Assembly (NCBI GenBank): GCA_945902915.1
Contig: CAMDNJ010000001.1
Coordinates: 1 to 57,080, forward strand
DNA length: 57,080 nt
Source: Crenothrix polyspora
GTDB taxonomy: Bacteria > Pseudomonadota > Gammaproteobacteria > Methylococcales > Methylomonadaceae
Direction of reading: 5' to 3'
In this document: piece after piece, positions 9,435 to 19,933 of the stretch
How the letters are laid out: each line of letters starts with the position of its first letter
How positions within the stretch are numbered: the first letter of the stretch is position 1
Program-made: the position numbers and the translations under genes
The notes under the pieces: generated by a model
Seen by the model: only the letters and a program-made list of their open reading frames with translations
The model's database searches: none
Told to the model about the DNA's origin: nothing

Positions 9435-10238
9435 TTACGGCTGGTTTTTTAAAATGACTTTGGCCTCGTTCCAAAAAGCATCGAGCTCCATGAGTTCGCA
9501 GTCGAGTAGTTGCCTACCAGAGGCTTCAACCTGTTGCTCGATATAATGAAAGCGTTTGGAAAACTTCTTAGTGCTTTCTTTTAGCGCAATTTCAGGGTTG
9601 ACGTTTAAATGCCGAGCTAGATTGACGGCAATGAGTAATAAATCGCCCACTTCTTCTTGGATATGCGCTTGATCACCCGATACCCAGGCTTCTTTGACTT
9701 CGTCTAACTCTTCTAACACCTTTGCAAAAACCGGTGGTAGATCGGGCCAGTCAAAGCCATGTTGCGCAGCTCTATCTTGTATCTTTTTACACTCTATTAA
9801 GGCGGGAAGATTGCCTGCGACACCCGAGAGTACACTCATTTTTACGGCTGTTTTGTTTTTCTCTAGTCGCTCGTCGGCTTTGGCTTGTTCCCACGCTTGA
9901 TGGCGTTCGGCATCGCTATTAAAAACAGCATCTGAAAACACATGCGGATGTCTACGTACTAATTTTTCACAGATACCGGCGGACACTTGTTCAAAGTTAA
10001 ACAAGCCTTGTTCGTCGGCAATCTGTGAGTGGAAAACGACTTGTAATAGCAGATCGCCCAACTCGGCTCGTAAGTCATCTAAATCATTACGTTCAATGGC
10101 ATCGACGACTTCGTAGGCTTCTTCAATCAAATAAGGAATCAGACTGCTAAAACTTTGCTTAATATCCCAAGCGCAGCCATCTTCTGGGCGACGCAGCCTA
10201 GCCATAAGGTCTAACAATTGTTGGGTATTAGTTAGCAT
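9435..10238 (-). CDS. mazG: Nucleoside triphosphate pyrophosphohydrolase
   Basis: CAWD, EEAYEVVDAI, ELGDLLLQVVFH, RRHPHVF; two MazG domains. Confidence 0.96.
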   Translation of the reverse strand: MLTNTQQLLDLMARLRRPEDGCAWDIKQSFSSLIPYLIEEAYEVVDAIERNDLDDLRAELGDLLLQVVFHSQIADEQGLFNFEQVSAGICEKLVRRHPHVFSDAVFNSDAERHQAWEQAKADERLEKNKTAVKMSVLSGVAGNLPALIECKKIQDRAAQHGFDWPDLPPVFAKVLEELDEVKEAWVSGDQAHIQEEVGDLLLIAVNLARHLNVNPEIALKESTKKFSKRFHYIEQQVEASGRQLLDCELMELDAFWNEAKVILKNQP

Positions 10239-10252
10239 AGCTGTTTAGGTGC

Positions 10253-11185
10253 TTAGAAAGAATAACCAAAGTTTTCATGAAAACGTCGTTTAAAATCAGT
10301 GAAATTAAGCTGATGGTTTTGGGTGCCGTGATGTTCTATTTTGATGGCACCTAATAATGAGGCAATTCGACCAGTGACTTCCCAATCTAATTCGTTCATT
10401 AAACCATAGAGTAAGCCGGCACGATAAGCATCGCCACAGCCAGTAGGATCGAGTATGGCATTAGGTTTAGCCGCAGGGATGGTGATGCATTGACCTTGAG
10501 TGTAGATTTTAGAGCCTTTAGAACCTAAGGTAATAATTAAGGCTTCTACTCGTTCGGCAAGTTGCTCTAAAGATAAACAAGTGCGTTCTTGCATGAGTTC
10601 AGATTCATAATCATTTAAGGTTATCCAGGTCGCTTGATCAACTAAGGTTAGCAATTCAGCGCCATTAAACATGGGCATACCTTGGCCTGGATCGAAGATA
10701 AAAGGAATATCCAATTCTGCAAATTGTTCTGCATGTAATTGCATGCCTTCTTTGCCATCAGGCGAAACGATGCCGATGCTAATGTCTTTGTCGGTGGGGA
10801 TGGCATTCAAATGCGAGTAGCTCATGGCGCCAGGATGAAACGCGGTAATTTGGTTGCCGTCTTCGTCGGTGGTGATATAAGCTTGGCCGGTATATTCATT
10901 ATCCAAGATATGAATAAATTCACTCGATAAGCCGTTTTGATTCATCCATAGGCTGTAAGGTGAAAAATCATGACCGACCACGGCCATAGTTAAGGCTTCT
11001 TCACCTAACAAATTTAAATTGTAAGCAATATTACCAGCGCAACCACCGTATTCACGGCGTAATACGGGAACTAAAAAAGACACATTTAAGATATGAACTT
11101 TTTCCGGCAAGATATGGTGTTTAAATTTATCATGAAACACCATGATAGTGTCGTAGGCCATAGATCCGCATATTAATGCACTCAT
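10253..11185 (-). CDS. PfkB family carbohydrate/adenosine kinase
   Basis: GSMAYDTIM, GGCAGNIAY, FDPGQ, DPTGCGDAYRAG. Confidence 0.92.
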   Translation of the reverse strand: MSALICGSMAYDTIMVFHDKFKHHILPEKVHILNVSFLVPVLRREYGGCAGNIAYNLNLLGEEALTMAVVGHDFSPYSLWMNQNGLSSEFIHILDNEYTGQAYITTDEDGNQITAFHPGAMSYSHLNAIPTDKDISIGIVSPDGKEGMQLHAEQFAELDIPFIFDPGQGMPMFNGAELLTLVDQATWITLNDYESELMQERTCLSLEQLAERVEALIITLGSKGSKIYTQGQCITIPAAKPNAILDPTGCGDAYRAGLLYGLMNELDWEVTGRIASLLGAIKIEHHGTQNHQLNFTDFKRRFHENFGYSF

Positions 11186-11197
11186 TGAACGTCCTCT

Positions 11198-11557
11198 TTA
11201 AAGTAAAATAAATGCCCAGGTCACTGCTGCCCAAGCTAACGACATCATGACCGCTGCAGAACCAATATCTTTGGCTCTACCTGATAATTCATGATGTTCA
11301 AAACCGACACGGTCAACGACGGCTTCTACCGCTGAATTTAATAATTCAACTAGCATAACTAATACCATGCTACCAATGAGTAATAGTTTTTCAATCGTTG
11401 TTTGCCCCAGCCAAAGAGCTAGAGGCGTGGTAATTATAAATAGTATAACTTCCTGCCTGAAAGCCTCTTCATGTGTCCACGTTGCTTTAAAGCCGGCAAC
11501 AGAAAAGAAACACGCGTTGATGAGGCGTTTAACGCCTTTTGCATTTGGATTGGCCAT
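11198..11557 (-). CDS. dgkA: Diacylglycerol kinase
   Basis: EEAFRQE, ELLNSAVEAVVDR, SGRAKDIGSAAV. Confidence 0.95.
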   Translation of the reverse strand: MANPNAKGVKRLINACFFSVAGFKATWTHEEAFRQEVILFIITTPLALWLGQTTIEKLLLIGSMVLVMLVELLNSAVEAVVDRVGFEHHELSGRAKDIGSAAVMMSLAWAAVTWAFILL

Positions 11558-11628
11558 GGTCTAGTTCATTATAGATTAAGAAAAAAGTTTATATTACACC
11601 GCTAATATTTAAGTTCGATGTCTTTGTT

Positions 11629-12012
11629 TTATTGATTAATGAGTTGTTGATAAGCTTCTGCGTCGAGTAACGAGTTAAGATCGCTTAGGTCATTCGCTTT
11701 AACGCAAAAAATCCAAGACTCATAGGGGCTATCATTAATTTGTTCTGGCTCATCGTTTAAGCTTTCATTAACAGCAACTATTTCTCCAGAAACAGGGCTA
11801 TATAAGTCTGAGGCTGTTTTTACTGATTCAACGACCGCGCATTGTTCTTGTGCTGCAACATGCCGACCTAGTTCAGGTAATTCTATATAAACTAAGTCAC
11901 CCAGTTCTTCCTGAGCAAAAGCTGTGATACCAATACGAACGATATTGTTATCTTCTAAGCTGATCCATTCGTGAGATGCAGCATATTTTAAATGGCTAGG
12001 TAAATTACTCAT
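11629..12012 (-). CDS. gcvH: Glycine cleavage system H protein
   Basis: SHEW, GITAFAQEELGD, VESVKTASDLYSP lipoyl-Lys motif. Confidence 0.95.
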   Translation of the reverse strand: MSNLPSHLKYAASHEWISLEDNNIVRIGITAFAQEELGDLVYIELPELGRHVAAQEQCAVVESVKTASDLYSPVSGEIVAVNESLNDEPEQINDSPYESWIFCVKANDLSDLNSLLDAEAYQQLINQ

Positions 12013-12032
12013 TATTTAAATTCTCTCAAAAA

Positions 12033-12150
12033 AAGGCGAAAGGTGAAAGCTTAAAGACGAAAGCTTAAAGGCGAAAAGTTAGGTTAGTTATTCTTAACCC
12101 TGTCTTTTTTGTCTTGTGCCTTTAGTCTTTAGCCTTTAATCTTGTACCTT
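12033..12150. repeat. Inverted arrays of 7-bp tandem repeats
   Basis: aaggcga/aaggtga/aagctta/aagacga/aagctta/aaggcga/aaagtta (12033-12081), then ttgtctt/gtgcctt/tagtctt/tagcctt/taatctt/gtacctt (12109-12150). Confidence 0.8.
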
Positions 12151-12174
12151 TATATTAACAAACATCCATAAAAT

Positions 12175-12426
12175 ATGTCTGAGATACTCATTTATACTGC
12201 TGATCGTTGCCCTTATTGCGTTATGGCTAAACGCTTGCTTGATAAAAAACAGGCAACTTATACAGAAATTAATGTAGATGCTAAAGCTGGCATGAGAGAA
12301 GAAATGATGCAAAAGACTAAACGCCGAACCGTTCCACAAATCTATATTGGTGAGCTTCATGTAGGTGGCTTTGATGATTTATATGCTTTAGAACAAGCAA
12401 AGCAGCTAGATGATTTGTTGCAATAA
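12175..12426 (+). CDS. grxC: Glutaredoxin 3
   Basis: CPYC, RTVPQIYI, GGFDDL. Confidence 0.95.
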   Translation: MSEILIYTADRCPYCVMAKRLLDKKQATYTEINVDAKAGMREEMMQKTKRRTVPQIYIGELHVGGFDDLYALEQAKQLDDLLQ

Positions 12427-12428
12427 TC

Positions 12429-12635
12429 TTAATGGTATTGAGTTTCATCAAATTCATCGGCCAGTTCATCTAAAGCTTGGCATGGAATTCGTTTTTCCTC
12501 CATCGCCCATTCGCCTAGATCTATTAATTTACAGCGTTCGCAACAAAAAGGCTTAAAAATCTGTTCAGCTAACCAAGGTACTGGTTTTTTACAAGTAGGA
12601 CATTTTACGATAAGTGCTGAATTATTTAGTGGCAT
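12429..12635 (-). CDS. yacG: DNA gyrase inhibitor YacG
   Basis: CPTC...[15 protein letters not shown]; TAATG overlap with zapD. Confidence 0.93.
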   Translation of the reverse strand: MPLNNSALIVKCPTCKKPVPWLAEQIFKPFCCERCKLIDLGEWAMEEKRIPCQALDELADEFDETQYH

Positions 12636-13405
12636 TAGAATAAACAGCAAGTTAACTGGAACGGAATATCATTTATTGTTTGGGTTGAGCGCTTGCCGTT
12701 TATGGAGGGTTCCATAAAACGAATGGTACAACGATGTTTTCCACCACTAATTTCGGCAAAATAAGGTAATGAGGCATCAATACTTATTTTAATAAGTTGA
12801 AAAGCTTGATTGGTATCTAGAGCTAGCTGGAAAAAACCGGCTATGGCCATTTCTTCACTAGGAGAGCGGCTATTGCGTATGAAATCAAGTATGAATTCAA
12901 TGGCTACATAGATGTCATTAAAAGAGTTGCTCCAGTATTGCATATCTTTTGCGCGTACGGATTCATTTTGTTCCAACCAGTAATGGTATTCGGGTAAATC
13001 AAAAGAATAAGTGCCTCCAGGAATAGAGCTGCGTTGAGCGATGCTTTGAAATAAGTGGCTTTCTAAAATATGGCCGCCTATTTTTCCAGTGATAGCATAG
13101 AGTTTTTCATTTATTTTAGTCAGTTGGGCTAGAATTTCTTGTAACCGATCTCTATCAACACCTTTGATGTTGGCTATTTTATTAAGGTTACTGGCTTGGC
13201 GATCTAGCTCTTTTAAAAGTTCTGATTTTAGGTCGTTACGTTTAAAAAGTGTCATTAAGTCAAGTATGACAGTAATAGCCGCACGCTTTTCAGCAACGCT
13301 CTCACCTAAGGACAAAAGGAAAAATTGCTTAAATAATTGCTCCAGTCTTATGAAAACACGGATACGTTCGTTGAGCGGGAATTCATACGTAATAGTGTTA
13401 TTCAC
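12635..13405 (-). CDS. zapD: Cell division protein ZapD
   Basis: [27 protein letters not shown]; coaE-zapD-yacG synteny. Confidence 0.93.
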   Translation of the reverse strand: MNNTITYEFPLNERIRVFIRLEQLFKQFFLLSLGESVAEKRAAITVILDLMTLFKRNDLKSELLKELDRQASNLNKIANIKGVDRDRLQEILAQLTKINEKLYAITGKIGGHILESHLFQSIAQRSSIPGGTYSFDLPEYHYWLEQNESVRAKDMQYWSNSFNDIYVAIEFILDFIRNSRSPSEEMAIAGFFQLALDTNQAFQLIKISIDASLPYFAEISGGKHRCTIRFMEPSINGKRSTQTINDIPFQLTCCLF

Positions 13406-14015
13406 AAACAATTTTATCCTGGCCGGCACTTAACGAAAGGTATGAATTGTGCAATTTTTTAACAGTTTCTGCAAGTTTGTCGTTGGTTTTTGACGTATCG
13501 ATCAGGTCATGAGCATGTGTTATACGGTAAGTTCGCGATACTTGGCTATCAAGGATAGCTTGTATTTGTGCCAAGGGCATAGCGTCTCTTTTTTGTACGC
13601 GCTCGATTTGACTTTCTTCAGGACAATCAATCACTAATATTCTATCCACCAAGGCAATCATGTTCGTTTCAAATAATAAAGGCATACTAATAATACAATA
13701 AGCTGAGTTTAGCGATTTAAGTGTTGTTTGTATGGCTTGATAAATTAGAGGATGCAGTATAGATTCTAACTTTTGTTTTTGTAGTCTATCTGAAAAAATG
13801 ACTTGGCCGAGTTTTTTTCTATTTAACGAGCCATCTATATTAAGCATATCTGAGCCAAATACTAGCTCTATTTCTCTAAGAGCAGGTTGCCCAACTTCGA
13901 CCAGTAGGTGAGCTATAGTATCAGCATCAATTACCGGTATATTTAATTGTTCGAATAGCTTAGATACCGTGGTTTTTCCACAACCTATACCGCCAGTGAG
14001 GCCAATCTTTAACAT
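13398..14015 (-). CDS. coaE: Dephospho-CoA kinase
   Basis: IGLTGGIGCGKT, IDAD, LHPLI, PLLFE. Confidence 0.96.
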   Translation of the reverse strand: MLKIGLTGGIGCGKTTVSKLFEQLNIPVIDADTIAHLLVEVGQPALREIELVFGSDMLNIDGSLNRKKLGQVIFSDRLQKQKLESILHPLIYQAIQTTLKSLNSAYCIISMPLLFETNMIALVDRILVIDCPEESQIERVQKRDAMPLAQIQAILDSQVSRTYRITHAHDLIDTSKTNDKLAETVKKLHNSYLSLSAGQDKIVCE

Positions 14016-14018
14016 GTG

Positions 14019-14897
14019 TTATAAGCCTGCGTAGCTTAAATAAACGTGATTAAGCTCACCGCCCCACAATAAAGCGATCCAGCCTGCGCTCGCTAAATAG
14101 GGCCCAAAAGGAATGGGCTTGTTGTGATGGTGTTTAGCAAAAACAATTAAGATGATGCCAATCATGGCACCTACCAATGATGATAATAAAATAATGATCG
14201 CTAAGTATTTCCAGCCTAACCAAGCACCAAATACCGCTAGTAATTTAAAATCACCATAGCCCATGCCTTCTTTACCAGTGGCTAATTTAAAGAGTTGATA
14301 CACCGTCCAAAGTATTCCATAGCCGCCAATAGCACCTAAAATACTGGCTTGAGGTTCGGTGAATATTCCGAATAGGCTCAAAAATAAACCTAGCCAAAGT
14401 AACGGTAGGGTGATGTTGTCAGGGAGGAGTTGATGGTCTAGGTCAATAAAGCATAGTGCAATCAGTGACCATGTGAGCGCTAATGCACATAAGCTTTGAG
14501 TTGTATCACCAAAATGATAGGCGACAACGGCAGAGCTGATAGCGGTTAAGACTTCAATGAGTGGATAACGGGCTGCAATGGCTTTATTGCAACTAGCACA
14601 GCGACCTCTCAATAAAATATAACTGATAACCGGTATATTTTGATAGGGTTTGATGGCTGTATTGCAATGTGGGCAGCGGGATAAGGGCAGGGCGAGATTG
14701 AAGGGTTCAGAAAGTTCTGTTTCATCAAGCTCAATTTGTAAATAATCGGCACATTCCTTTCGCCAGTTTCGCTGCATCATGATAGGTAAACGATAGATGA
14801 CTACATTTAGAAAACTTCCTACTATTAGGCCTACAAGCGCTGCTAAACTTGTTAGTAAATAAGGAATGGCTAATAGGGCGTCTATTTGTTGCATCAT
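14019..14897 (-). CDS. pilD: Prepilin peptidase/N-methyltransferase
   Basis: GSFLNVVIYRLP, CxxC pairs, GMGYGDFKL, IPFGPYL. Confidence 0.96.
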   Translation of the reverse strand: MMQQIDALLAIPYLLTSLAALVGLIVGSFLNVVIYRLPIMMQRNWRKECADYLQIELDETELSEPFNLALPLSRCPHCNTAIKPYQNIPVISYILLRGRCASCNKAIAARYPLIEVLTAISSAVVAYHFGDTTQSLCALALTWSLIALCFIDLDHQLLPDNITLPLLWLGLFLSLFGIFTEPQASILGAIGGYGILWTVYQLFKLATGKEGMGYGDFKLLAVFGAWLGWKYLAIIILLSSLVGAMIGIILIVFAKHHHNKPIPFGPYLASAGWIALLWGGELNHVYLSYAGL

Positions 14898-15120
14898 GAT
14901 ATATTGGAAGAGTGGTATTTCTATAGTCGCCAGAATACGTTGTTTTATTATTTTTTTCTAGTTGCTATTTCATAAGTTGGCGCGTTATCTAGTCTTAGGT
15001 CTTGCTTAGGTAGTTTGCAAATAGGGATAGTCATGATTTTATTATGCCTTTATGATAGATTGCAGGGCATACGACGATTTCTCTTTCAATTGCTAATTTT
15101 CTCGCATAAATCTGACAATT

Positions 15121-16260
15121 ATGGCTGTAGATACTAGACCTAGTAATATTACCGTAAATAGTAAAGCTCAACTATTAGAGATAGTTATTGTAGGCGATTG
15201 GCTGTTAGAAAGTCAGATTCCTGATCTTGACCTTGTCTTAGCGCAATTGGGTGATGGTTCGCAGTTTAAGCAACTGGTTTTTTCTACTGAATCATTAGGG
15301 CGTTGGGATAGTTTGCTGATGACTGAATTAATAAGATTAATAGCTTATAGCGAAGAAAAAGGCATTTCTGTTGATATAAAAACCTTGCCTAGTGGCATTC
15401 AGGGTTTATTAAGTTTAGTTTCTGCCGTACCAGAGCGAGTTGGCGTTAGGCGACAATCGCTTCAACTTCCGTGGTTAGAGGTCATTGGCAATAGCAGTTT
15501 ACACTTACAGAGTGATGTTAATGCTTTAATTATGTTTATCGGTAACTTGACGCTCAGTGTCTCGGCTTTTTTTAGAGGCAAGGCGCATTTTCGTTGGCTA
15601 GACTTATGGCGAAATATTCAAGATTGTGGCCCTTCTGCACTGCCTATTATTACCTTAATTAGTCTATTGGTAGGCTTGATTTTAGCTTTTGTAGGCTCGG
15701 TACAGTTAGCGTTATTTGGTGCCCAGCTTTATATTGCTGATCTGGTTGGTTTGGGCATGTCGCGAGAAATGGGTGGCTTAATGGCGGCTGTTATTATGTC
15801 GGGTCGTACTGGCGCATCTTACGCGGCACAATTAGGGACTATGCAGGTTAATAATGAGATTGATGCCTTAGAAACCATGGGTTTTGATCCTATGGAGTTC
15901 TTGGTCTTGCCTCGAGTCCTCGCGCTAATATTTATCATGCCCTTACTTTGTTTGTATGCAGACTTGATGGGCATTATCGGAGGTGCTCTCGTTACGGTGA
16001 ATTTTTTTGAAGTATCCTTGGTGGAATATGTGAATCGTACCGTTAACGCGATTCATATGATGGATCTTTCGGTAGGGGTTTTTAAATGTGCTGTTTTTGG
16101 TGTCTTGATAGCCTTATCGGGTTGTATGCGCGGCATGCAATGTGGGCGCAGTGCCTCAGATGTGGGTGACGCGACGACTTCTGCGGTAGTGACGGGGATC
16201 GTTTTTATTGTTATAGCCGATTCTTTGCTGACTATCATCTGTAATCGCTTGGGAATTTAA
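15121..16260 (+). CDS. MlaE-family ABC permease with N-terminal STAS-like domain
   Basis: REMGGLMAAVIMSGRTGAS, LGTMQVNNEIDAL, LVLPR. Confidence 0.9.
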   Translation: MAVDTRPSNITVNSKAQLLEIVIVGDWLLESQIPDLDLVLAQLGDGSQFKQLVFSTESLGRWDSLLMTELIRLIAYSEEKGISVDIKTLPSGIQGLLSLVSAVPERVGVRRQSLQLPWLEVIGNSSLHLQSDVNALIMFIGNLTLSVSAFFRGKAHFRWLDLWRNIQDCGPSALPIITLISLLVGLILAFVGSVQLALFGAQLYIADLVGLGMSREMGGLMAAVIMSGRTGASYAAQLGTMQVNNEIDALETMGFDPMEFLVLPRVLALIFIMPLLCLYADLMGIIGGALVTVNFFEVSLVEYVNRTVNAIHMMDLSVGVFKCAVFGVLIALSGCMRGMQCGRSASDVGDATTSAVVTGIVFIVIADSLLTIICNRLGI

Positions 16261-16263
16261 TTA

Positions 16264-17052
16264 ATGAGTAGTCCGTGTCTTAGTATTAAGAATATGACCA
16301 TGGCTTATGGTGATTTCATTATTCAGCGTGACCTAGATTTTACGATTAATCGTGGTGATATTTTTGTCATTATGGGGGCTAGTGGTTGCGGTAAAAGTAC
16401 CTTATTGATGCATCTTATTGGCTTACATAGACCGATTGCTGGTGATGTGCTTTATGGTGAAGAAAGTCTTTGGCAGGCAGATTATAAAACTCGACAACGT
16501 TTATTGCAGCGGACAGGGGTGCTGTTTCAAAGTGGTGCTTTGTTAAGTTCTATGACGTTGGCTGAGAATGTTGCCTTGCCATTGACTGAGCATACCCGCT
16601 TAGGTGCGCAGCGTATACGTCAACTAGTCTCCTATAAGCTTGCTTTAGTGGGCTTGGCTGGTTTTGAAGATTACTATCCTGCTGAACTCAGTGGTGGTAT
16701 GCAAAAACGAGCAGGATTAGCGCGCGCAATAGCCTTAGATCCTGAGATTTTGTTTTTTGATGAGCCCTCAGCAGGACTCGATCCTGTTAGTGCTAAGTTG
16801 CTAGATGATTTAATTCGTAGTCTGCGTGATCATTTGGGAGCCACAATAGTTATAGTGACTCATGAGTTAGCGAGTATTTTTGCTATAGGTACTTATTCGG
16901 TGTTTCTTGATATGGACTCTAAAACTATGATTGCTAGTGGTCCTCCTAAACAACTTTTGGCTGAATCGAATGATCCGAAGGTATTACGCTTCCTGACTCG
17001 AGGCGCATCAGAAAATCCAAGCTTTTCTGCAATAAAAACATCAGGAACATGA
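16264..17052 (+). CDS. MlaF-like ABC ATPase
   Basis: GASGCGKS, LSGGMQKR, FFDEPSAGLDP. Confidence 0.93.
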   Translation: MSSPCLSIKNMTMAYGDFIIQRDLDFTINRGDIFVIMGASGCGKSTLLMHLIGLHRPIAGDVLYGEESLWQADYKTRQRLLQRTGVLFQSGALLSSMTLAENVALPLTEHTRLGAQRIRQLVSYKLALVGLAGFEDYYPAELSGGMQKRAGLARAIALDPEILFFDEPSAGLDPVSAKLLDDLIRSLRDHLGATIVIVTHELASIFAIGTYSVFLDMDSKTMIASGPPKQLLAESNDPKVLRFLTRGASENPSFSAIKTSGT

Positions 17053-17058
17053 GGTTTT

Positions 17059-18057
17059 ATGAGTAAACCAGTTAATCCTTATAGTATTGGTGCTTTTCTG
17101 GTGGGATCTTTGATTTTAATAATAAGCGCTATCTTGGTCTTTGGTGGCGGCCAGTTATTAAAGAAAAAATCTCAGTATGTGATTTATTTCGATTCTGCCT
17201 TAAACGGACTGAATGTAGGTGCGCCTGTTAAATTACAAGGTGTACAGATAGGCATGGTTAAGGAGATTTCTATTGAGCTTGATCAAAATGCTACGCGTAT
17301 TACTAAGCCGGTGATCATTGAAATTGATTCGGAAAAAGTTTTAGACTCTGGAGGTCGTCCTTTAAAAGTTGCAATCTCTTTGGAGCAGCGTCAGAAAAAT
17401 GCTAAGCAGTTGATAGATGCCGGTATTAAAGCCCAGTTGCAATCTCAAAGTTTATTAACTGGGCTATTGTATGTAGAACTCAATTTTTACCGCAACGCAC
17501 CATTAAGTTTGACGGGTCTTAATTACAAAAATCTTCCCGAGTTACCCTCCGTTCCGACTACGGCAGATCAAATCAAAAACACGGCGGATGAATTGATAAC
17601 GAAATTCCGTCAGTTACCTATTGAAGATATCGTTAAAGATCTGGCGGCAACCTTAAAAGAAATGCGCGAAATAGTTACTTCTGATGAGCTTAAAAAGAAT
17701 CGGGTGGCCTTGGCTAATACCTTAATTGAAACTGAAAAGTTGGTAGCCAGCTTGAATCAGAATCTTTCTCCATTATTAATCAATATGAATGGTACGGTTG
17801 TTGATACGCGGGCTATGGTACAAGAATTTACCCATGAAATGCACCCAGTGTTACTGTCTACTGAAAAGACGCTTAATACGGCTACTGATGTCTTGAAGGA
17901 GTCTAAGCAGGCGCTAGGTTCGGTAGAGGCATTGACTGCCTCAGATGCACCTTTGTGGCAATCACTGGAATCTCTTCGAGATGCTGCGAATTCTACTAAA
18001 GCGTTGACGGATTATCTGGAGCGTCATCCAGATTCAATTATTTATGGAAAGGAATGA
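17059..18057 (+). CDS. MCE/MlaD (PqiB-like) protein
   Basis: TM anchor, GLNVGAPVKLQGVQIG MCE motif, helical C-terminus ending LERHPDSIIYG. Confidence 0.9.
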   Translation: MSKPVNPYSIGAFLVGSLILIISAILVFGGGQLLKKKSQYVIYFDSALNGLNVGAPVKLQGVQIGMVKEISIELDQNATRITKPVIIEIDSEKVLDSGGRPLKVAISLEQRQKNAKQLIDAGIKAQLQSQSLLTGLLYVELNFYRNAPLSLTGLNYKNLPELPSVPTTADQIKNTADELITKFRQLPIEDIVKDLAATLKEMREIVTSDELKKNRVALANTLIETEKLVASLNQNLSPLLINMNGTVVDTRAMVQEFTHEMHPVLLSTEKTLNTATDVLKESKQALGSVEALTASDAPLWQSLESLRDAANSTKALTDYLERHPDSIIYGKE

Positions 18058-18063
18058 CTACTA

Positions 18064-18705
18064 ATGAGCTTAAAGATAAATTGCATCATGAGCAAGAAGG
18101 CTATATTTCCGCTTAGTTGTTTAGTAATAATGTTTTTTCTAAGTGCTTGCATGCGTAGTAATAAGCCCGTGCAGTTTTATAGGCTTAATGCTGGCACTAC
18201 AATGCTAGATTCTATTCAGCTGCCTGAATCTACTAATCAAGCCGTAATAGGTTTGGGGCCTATACGTATTCCTGATTACTTGAATAGGCCGCAAATGGTT
18301 GTGGCCATTAGCGATAACCAGTATCAACTGTCTGAAGAACATCGTTGGGCAGAGCGTTTGGATCAAAATATTTCTTTGGCCTTGACTAAATTCTTACCCA
18401 GTCAGTTAGGTTCGAATCGAATCGTGCGTTATCCCTGGGCTCAACGCCAAGCTATCGATTATCAAGTCAGTATTGATATTATTGAGTTTAATATTGATGG
18501 TCTAGGGCAAAGTCGCTTAACCGCGCTATGGTTAATCAAGCGTAAAGATCAGCCTGATTTAAGTCGACGCTTTAATTACCAAGTTTCGGCATCAGCGACC
18601 GATTATGAAATGATGGTTGCTGCACAAAGTGTCTGCTTAACAAAGTTGGGGGAAGATATAGCTGTCACATTAAAGCAGTTAATGAAAGTAGATGCGGGTC
18701 ATTAA
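18064..18705 (+). CDS. PqiC-family auxiliary lipoprotein
   Basis: Lipobox LSAC, IPDYLNRPQMV, HRWAERL. Confidence 0.88.
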   Translation: MSLKINCIMSKKAIFPLSCLVIMFFLSACMRSNKPVQFYRLNAGTTMLDSIQLPESTNQAVIGLGPIRIPDYLNRPQMVVAISDNQYQLSEEHRWAERLDQNISLALTKFLPSQLGSNRIVRYPWAQRQAIDYQVSIDIIEFNIDGLGQSRLTALWLIKRKDQPDLSRRFNYQVSASATDYEMMVAAQSVCLTKLGEDIAVTLKQLMKVDAGH

Positions 18706-18771
18706 AAAAGTCGCTTGATTGCTTTGGCTGCCCGCTTAAGGTATAGCTATCTAAACAAGGTTTAAATAAAA

Positions 18772-18807
18772 GCTTTAGCCGCGTAAACGCGACTAAAGTT
18801 GCTCCCA
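18772..18807. repeat. Degenerate GGGAGC-type REP palindrome
   Basis: ctttagccgcg-taaa-cgcgactaaag-ttgctccca, between convergent genes. Confidence 0.6.
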
Positions 18808-18934
18808 AGATAAGTCTTTTGTTCAAACTAGATAATTATTATTCCAAACCCATTTGCCCTGAGTCCTTAGTCTGCTCTCAGGGTAAGTGATTAAGTCTCA
18901 CTGCTTGTCACGCCTTAAAGTAAGTGGTCATACT

Positions 18935-19756
18935 TCAACCATTAAGTTGTTTATGCAAAATAAGCTCTAGCACTAATTTGCTGCCAAAGTAAGCCAGTAA
19001 TAACAATACAAAGCCAATCAGCGTCCATTGTATGGCAGTTTGTCCTCGCCATCCGTAGCGACTGCGTCCTATTAATAAGCCTGAAAAGATTATCCATGCC
19101 AATATTGATAAGACGGTTTTATGAACTAAGTGTTGGGCAAATAAATTCTCTATAAATAAATAACCGCTGACCAATGATATGGTCAGAAATATCAAGCCAG
19201 CTGCTAGCATTTGAAATAATAAGGCTTCCATCGTCTGTAGCGGCGGCAAGGATAAAACGAAGCGCCTAGGAGGATGGCTCCTTAATTGCTGTTCTTGAAT
19301 GGCTAGTAAAATGGCTTGAAGTGCGGCAATGTTTAATAAACTAAAGGCAATAATAGACGTTAAGATGTGCGTGCTCATGGCCCAGTTGTGTTGAGCGATA
19401 GTGCGGGTTTCGTCTGCAAAATTGACGGCTAGTCCTAGCATTAGTGCGGCAATAGGAAATAGCGCGATACCTAATTTTTCGACAGGCTTATTGAGCGCCG
19501 CGACTAATAGTAATAGTGCAACTATCATGGCGATTAAAGAGCTTGTGCTAAAAAAACTAAAACTAAAGCCATTGTTTTGTAAAAAAATAGTGCTGGTATA
19601 AAAAAGATGGCTGATGACGGCAGTCCATGCCAAATAAAATGGATAGCGAGGTAATTGGCTTTGATTGATATGTCTAATAATCAGCGTAGTGCTTGCCAGA
19701 TAAGAGCTGATAGACAAGGTAGCGAGTGCGGTCGTGATCATGGGATTAGCGTCCAT
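18935..19756 (-). CDS. ypjD: YpjD / cytochrome c assembly-family inner membrane protein
   Basis: LPPLQTMEALLF, HKTVLS, GWRG, LAYFGSK; divergent from ffh. Confidence 0.9.
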   Translation of the reverse strand: MDANPMITTALATLSISSYLASTTLIIRHINQSQLPRYPFYLAWTAVISHLFYTSTIFLQNNGFSFSFFSTSSLIAMIVALLLLVAALNKPVEKLGIALFPIAALMLGLAVNFADETRTIAQHNWAMSTHILTSIIAFSLLNIAALQAILLAIQEQQLRSHPPRRFVLSLPPLQTMEALLFQMLAAGLIFLTISLVSGYLFIENLFAQHLVHKTVLSILAWIIFSGLLIGRSRYGWRGQTAIQWTLIGFVLLLLAYFGSKLVLELILHKQLNG

Positions 19757-19933
19757 TTTCTAGCTGGATAATTGTAGGCTGATAAGCTCTATCTATATCG
19801 TAGTCATAATAGAGCATTGTTAATGCTAAGGCGTGCAAAGATTTTAATGAATATGGTAATATACGCCGCTCAATAGTCCTAGTGCATTTGCACTACCGGG
19901 CAGTTTACCTATATTAATAATAAAGACCTGGAT

